Source: an uncultured Enterobacteriaceae bacterium
GTDB lineage: Bacteria > Pseudomonadota > Gammaproteobacteria > Burkholderiales > SG8-39
Direction of reading: 5' to 3'
Length of the DNA stretch: 64,000 bases
Assembly: GCA_964400745.1 (NCBI GenBank)
Contig: CAYNVY010000003.1
Location: 865 to 64,864, forward strand
Below, piece after piece: positions 62,355 through 64,000 of the stretch. The position numbers and the translations under genes are program-made. The notes under the pieces are model-generated. The model was not told the origin of the DNA and did no database searches. It worked only from the letters and a program-made list of their open reading frames with translations. Within the stretch, counting starts at the first letter, position 1, and every line of letters starts with the position of its first letter.

Positions 62355-63071
62355 GCGACTTTCACTCTTGACGGCAAGGACATCCCGTTTGCCAAAGGGC
62401 AGACCGTCATGCAGGCGGCACTGGACGCCGGCGTTTACATACCGCACCTGTGCTATCACCCGGAATTCAAGCCACACGGATCGTGCAAGCTGTGCACGGT
62501 CAAGGTCGACGGGCGCCAGATCGCGTCCTGCACCACGCTGGCGCAAGCCGGGATGGAAGTGGAAAGCGACACCGAGGCGCTGAATGACCAACGCCGGATG
62601 CTGACGCAGATGCTGTTCGTGGAGGGCAATCATTTCTGCCCGTCCTGCGAAAAGAGCGGCGATTGCACGCTGCAGGCCACCGCCTATCAGCTCGGGATGA
62701 TGTCGACGCACTTCGTTCCCTTCTTTCCGAGCCGGCCGCTGGACGCGTCTCATCCGGACCTGCTGCTTGATTTCAACCGCTGCATATTGTGTTCTCTCTG
62801 CGTGCGCGCCAGCCGCGACGTGGACAGGAAGAACGCGTTTGCGCTCTCCGGTCGGGGCATAGGCACGCATCTGATCGTCAACGCAAAGTCCGGCCGGCTC
62901 GCCGATACCGATGTTACGCTGCAGGACAAGGCGGTTCAGGTGTGTCCGGTGGGCGTGATTCTCAGAAAGGACAGGGGGTTCGCGGTTCCGATCGGCAAGC
63001 GGACTTTCGATCTCAAGCCCATCTCGGGCTATGTAGATGCGGACGCCCCGGCCGCGAAGGACCGACCATGA
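62349..63071 (+). CDS. hoxU: NAD-reducing hydrogenase diaphorase iron-sulfur subunit HoxU (NuoG N-terminal-like)
   Basis: [2Fe-2S] and [4Fe-4S] Cys patterns: CYHPEFKPHGSCKLCTV, HFCPSCEKSGDCTLQ and RCILCSLCVRA. Confidence 0.9.
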   Translation: MSATFTLDGKDIPFAKGQTVMQAALDAGVYIPHLCYHPEFKPHGSCKLCTVKVDGRQIASCTTLAQAGMEVESDTEALNDQRRMLTQMLFVEGNHFCPSCEKSGDCTLQATAYQLGMMSTHFVPFFPSRPLDASHPDLLLDFNRCILCSLCVRASRDVDRKNAFALSGRGIGTHLIVNAKSGRLADTDVTLQDKAVQVCPVGVILRKDRGFAVPIGKRTFDLKPISGYVDADAPAAKDRP

Positions 63072-63619
63072 ATACCGTTGCGAAACGCAAACTCAAAGTT
63101 GCCACGACCTCGCTGGCAGGCTGCTTCGGCTGTCACATGTCCCTGCTCGATATCGACGAAAGGTTGTTCGACCTGCTCGAGTTGATCGAGTTCGACCGTA
63201 CGCCGCTGACCGACATCAAGGTGCTGGGCGCCTGCGATATCGGCTTGATCGAGGGGGGCTTGTGCAACGGGGAGAATGTGCACGTGCTGCGCGAGTTCCG
63301 CCGGCAGTGCAAGACGCTGATTGCGGTCGGCGCCTGCGCCATCAACGGCGGTCTGCCGGCGCAGCGCAATCATCTGAATCTGCAGCTGATACTGGAAGAG
63401 GTGTATCACACCAACATGGGCCTTGCAAACGGCATGATCCCCAACGATCCCGAGCTGCCCCTGCCGCTGGCCAAGGTGCGCCCCTTGCACGAGGCGGTGA
63501 AGGTCGACTACTTCATTCCGGGCTGCCCGCCTTCTGCGGATGCAATCTGGAAGGTGCTCAACGACCTGATCGCCGGGCGTGAACCGGCGCTGGGGCACGG
63601 CCTGATCCAATACGACTGA
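63068..63619 (+). CDS. hoxY: NAD-reducing [NiFe] hydrogenase small subunit HoxY
   Basis: Trimmed to ATG 63068 (ATGA overlap with hoxU). LAGCFGCHMSLLD and the C-terminal IPGCPPSADAI. Confidence 0.9.
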   Translation: MNTVAKRKLKVATTSLAGCFGCHMSLLDIDERLFDLLELIEFDRTPLTDIKVLGACDIGLIEGGLCNGENVHVLREFRRQCKTLIAVGACAINGGLPAQRNHLNLQLILEEVYHTNMGLANGMIPNDPELPLPLAKVRPLHEAVKVDYFIPGCPPSADAIWKVLNDLIAGREPALGHGLIQYD

Positions 63620-63631
63620 AAGTCCCAAAAG

Positions 63632-64000
63632 ATGAGCTACCAGCTGGAAACCGCCGAGAACCGTGAAGCCTTGCGCCGGGTCGCGATCGATACCGTGTCG
63701 CGCGTCGAAGGCCACGGCAAGGTGACGCTCTTGCTCGACGAGCGCAACCAGGTGCGCGAGGTCCGCCTGCACATTGTCGAGTTTCGCGGCTTCGAGCGCT
63801 TCATCCAGGGCCGGCCCTATTGGGAGGTGCCGGTGATGGTGCAGCGCCTGTGCGGCATCTGTCCGGTAAGCCACCACCTCGCTGCGTCGAAGGCGCTCGA
63901 CCAGGTAGTGGGGGCGGCCCGGCTCTCGCCGACGGCGGAGAAACTGCGACGGCTCATGCACTACGGCCAGATGCTGCAGTCGCACGCGCTGCATTTCTTT
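63632..64000 (+). CDS. hoxH: NAD-reducing [NiFe] hydrogenase large subunit HoxH, N-terminal 123 codons; runs off the right edge and is absent from the ORF track
   Basis: Hand translation gives MSYQLETAENREALRRVAIDTVSRVEGHGKVTLLLDERNQVREVRLHIVEFRGFERFIQGRPYWEVPVMVQRLCGICPVSHHLAASKAL..., which includes the N-terminal NiFe-binding RxCGxC motif. Confidence 0.85.
   Translation, partial: MSYQLETAENREALRRVAIDTVSRVEGHGKVTLLLDERNQVREVRLHIVEFRGFERFIQGRPYWEVPVMVQRLCGICPVSHHLAASKALDQVVGAARLSPTAEKLRRLMHYGQMLQSHALHFF

Overview
High-GC (roughly 60-65% by eye) proteobacterial chromosome segment whose gene order looks betaproteobacterial. Gene content, left to right, is below. Coordinates include stop codons, and several starts were re-picked by hand.

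- **SOS genes:** imuB and imuA are separated by an opposite-strand 2-hydroxyacid dehydrogenase. imuB is cut by the left edge and is absent from the ORF track.
- **uup to murE:** uup (ABC-F); an orphan wHTH-GHKL-STAS fusion gene behind an AT-rich, repeat-laden promoter; dapL; a three-gene envelope operon of unknown function; a stand-alone murE.
- **Transport and catabolism:** an operon of a HAAT-type ABC transporter, an M20 peptidase and a gamma-glutamyltransferase with no signal peptide; a DUF2442 remnant; a DAP-decarboxylase-family gene.
- **Minus-strand array:** queF, pilU, prmB, an FAH-family hydrolase and a nitrilase.
- **Core blocks:** smc-zipA-ligA-galU-hpt-MTAP-def; glnD-map; rpsB-tsf-pyrH-frr-uppS-cdsA-dxr-rseP-bamA-skp-lpxD-fabZ-lpxA-lpxB-rnhB.
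- **Right end:** a TrmH-like methyltransferase, smpB, ratA-rnfH, a DUF4124 gene, gor, a small outer-membrane barrel, and a soluble NAD-reducing [NiFe] hydrogenase operon hoxFUYH. hoxH is cut by the right edge and is also absent from the ORF track.

I saw no rRNA, tRNA, CRISPR array, transposase or integrase.

Most of the window is ordinary core genome, and I found no clear novel multi-gene system. The observations most worth a second look are:

1. A roughly 110-nt intergenic cassette is present in two unrelated spacers (smc/zipA and hoxF/hoxU). It has a covarying GNA-triloop hairpin and ATGA-linked bridging mini-ORFs.
2. The HTH-GHKL-STAS orphan gene sits behind its own iterated operator-like repeats.
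3. The imuA/imuB cassette is split, has two LexA-box promoters, and imuA has no stop codon near its domain end.
4. Two 80-nt low-GC, rare-codon patches lie in frame inside uup and smc.
5. An uncharacterised three-gene envelope operon lies between murE and dapL.

All calls rest on reading the sequence and recalling family motifs. No searches were run.
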